Of a stretch of 64,000 nt of DNA, positions 63,223 through 64,000 are shown one piece after another. Under the pieces are notes generated by a model. That model was not told the DNA's origin. It searched no databases and saw nothing but the letters and a program-made list of their open reading frames with translations. The position numbers and the translations under genes are program-made. The DNA lies in the NCBI RefSeq assembly GCF_006345805.1, contig NC_043001.1, forward strand, positions 84,444,001 to 84,508,000. Direction: 5' to 3'. The stretch's first letter is position 1. Each line of letters starts with the position of its first letter. This stretch comes from Octopus sinensis (Eukaryota).

Positions 63223-63709
63223 AATAATAATAATAATAATATTAATAATAATGACGATGATAATACTAATACTAATACTAATAATAATAATGACAATGAT
63301 AATACTAATACTACTACTACTAATAATAATAATGATAATGATAATAATAAGCGAGAAATGGAAAGCAAGAGAGAGGGGGAAGGGAGAAGGAGAGAGTTGG
63401 AAGTAGGGAGAAACCGACAAAGTGAAAGTGAAGCTAGAGATATGTTGATAAATAGATTAACAGATACATTGAAGTATAAATACTGAAGCGCATAAACATG
63501 TTCACGCATATATTACATATTTTAACAGATATAATCATGAATGGTAGCACAGTGTTGCATCAACGGGGATATTGTGGGTTCAAAAGAATTCCACCCAGTA
63601 CACGAAACTCATACACTGATATCTGGACGTAATTTTACCCAGCTGTAATAACATAGTGAAAGTCATAAATCGAAAAGCTGTTAAGAAGCACGTTTTACAA
63701 ACACAATGT

Positions 63710-63822
63710 ATCCGGTTCAGTCCCACTGCACGGCAACATGGACAAGTGTTTCGACAATACCCCCAGGCTGACTAATTATTTGTGAGCGAATTAGGTAGAC
63801 AGAAGCTGCGTGGGAGCCCGTC

Positions 63823-63825
<3 letters not shown>
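63710..63825 (+). mobile_element. Family-2 SINE head fragment
   Basis: GGTTCAGTCCCACTGCACGGCAACATGGACAAGTG..GGTAGACAGAAGCTG..GAGCCCGTCGTATATA. Confidence 0.75.
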
Positions 63826-63875
<50 letters not shown>

Positions 63876-63878
<3 letters not shown>

Positions 63879-64000
63879 ATATATAAACGGCAGTTTGTCT
63901 GTGCGTTTTCTGTGTGTCTGTTTTCTCGTACCCTCACTCTGACCACGGCTTTCAACCGATTCTGATGAAACTTGACACACACATAGCCCAATGTCATAAT
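63876..64000 (+). mobile_element. Helitron-like element 5' end (runs off the window)
   Basis: A|TCTATATATAAACGGCAGTTTGTCTGTG..TCAACCGATTCTGATGAAACTTGACACAC: TC start after A, typical small-Helitron 5' layout. Confidence 0.5.

Overview
Eukaryotic, AT-rich DNA saturated with microsatellites. The SINE families and repeat landscape point to a coleoid cephalopod, probably Octopus (inference). Almost every ORF in the supplied track is a translated microsatellite. The real content has three layers. (1) A minus-strand gene with several candidate alternative N-terminal exons (3495-3654, 14390-14555, 21788-22020, 35804-35840), all ending in phase-1 GT donors. Two of these are clear paralogues inside a tandemly duplicated promoter/5'-exon cassette. 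The shared downstream exons would lie left of the window. (2) Many Penelope-like-element (PLE) relics carrying hammerhead ribozyme (HHR) motifs: two intact (989-1030, 42365-42447), one with eroded stems (54031-54123), two copies of a non-canonical CUGU(A/G)GA core, and several decayed copies. Many of these sit in fold-back palindromes. (3) Decayed transposons: Tigger/pogo with a nested RTE LINE, a CR1-like LINE, two R4/Dong-type RLE LINE fragments, a mariner, a PLE RT fragment, Helitron-like ends and three abundant SINE families. No prokaryotic features, CRISPR arrays, rRNA or bona fide tRNA genes were seen. Coordinates of decayed repeats are approximate. Exon, HHR and duplication coordinates were counted by hand.
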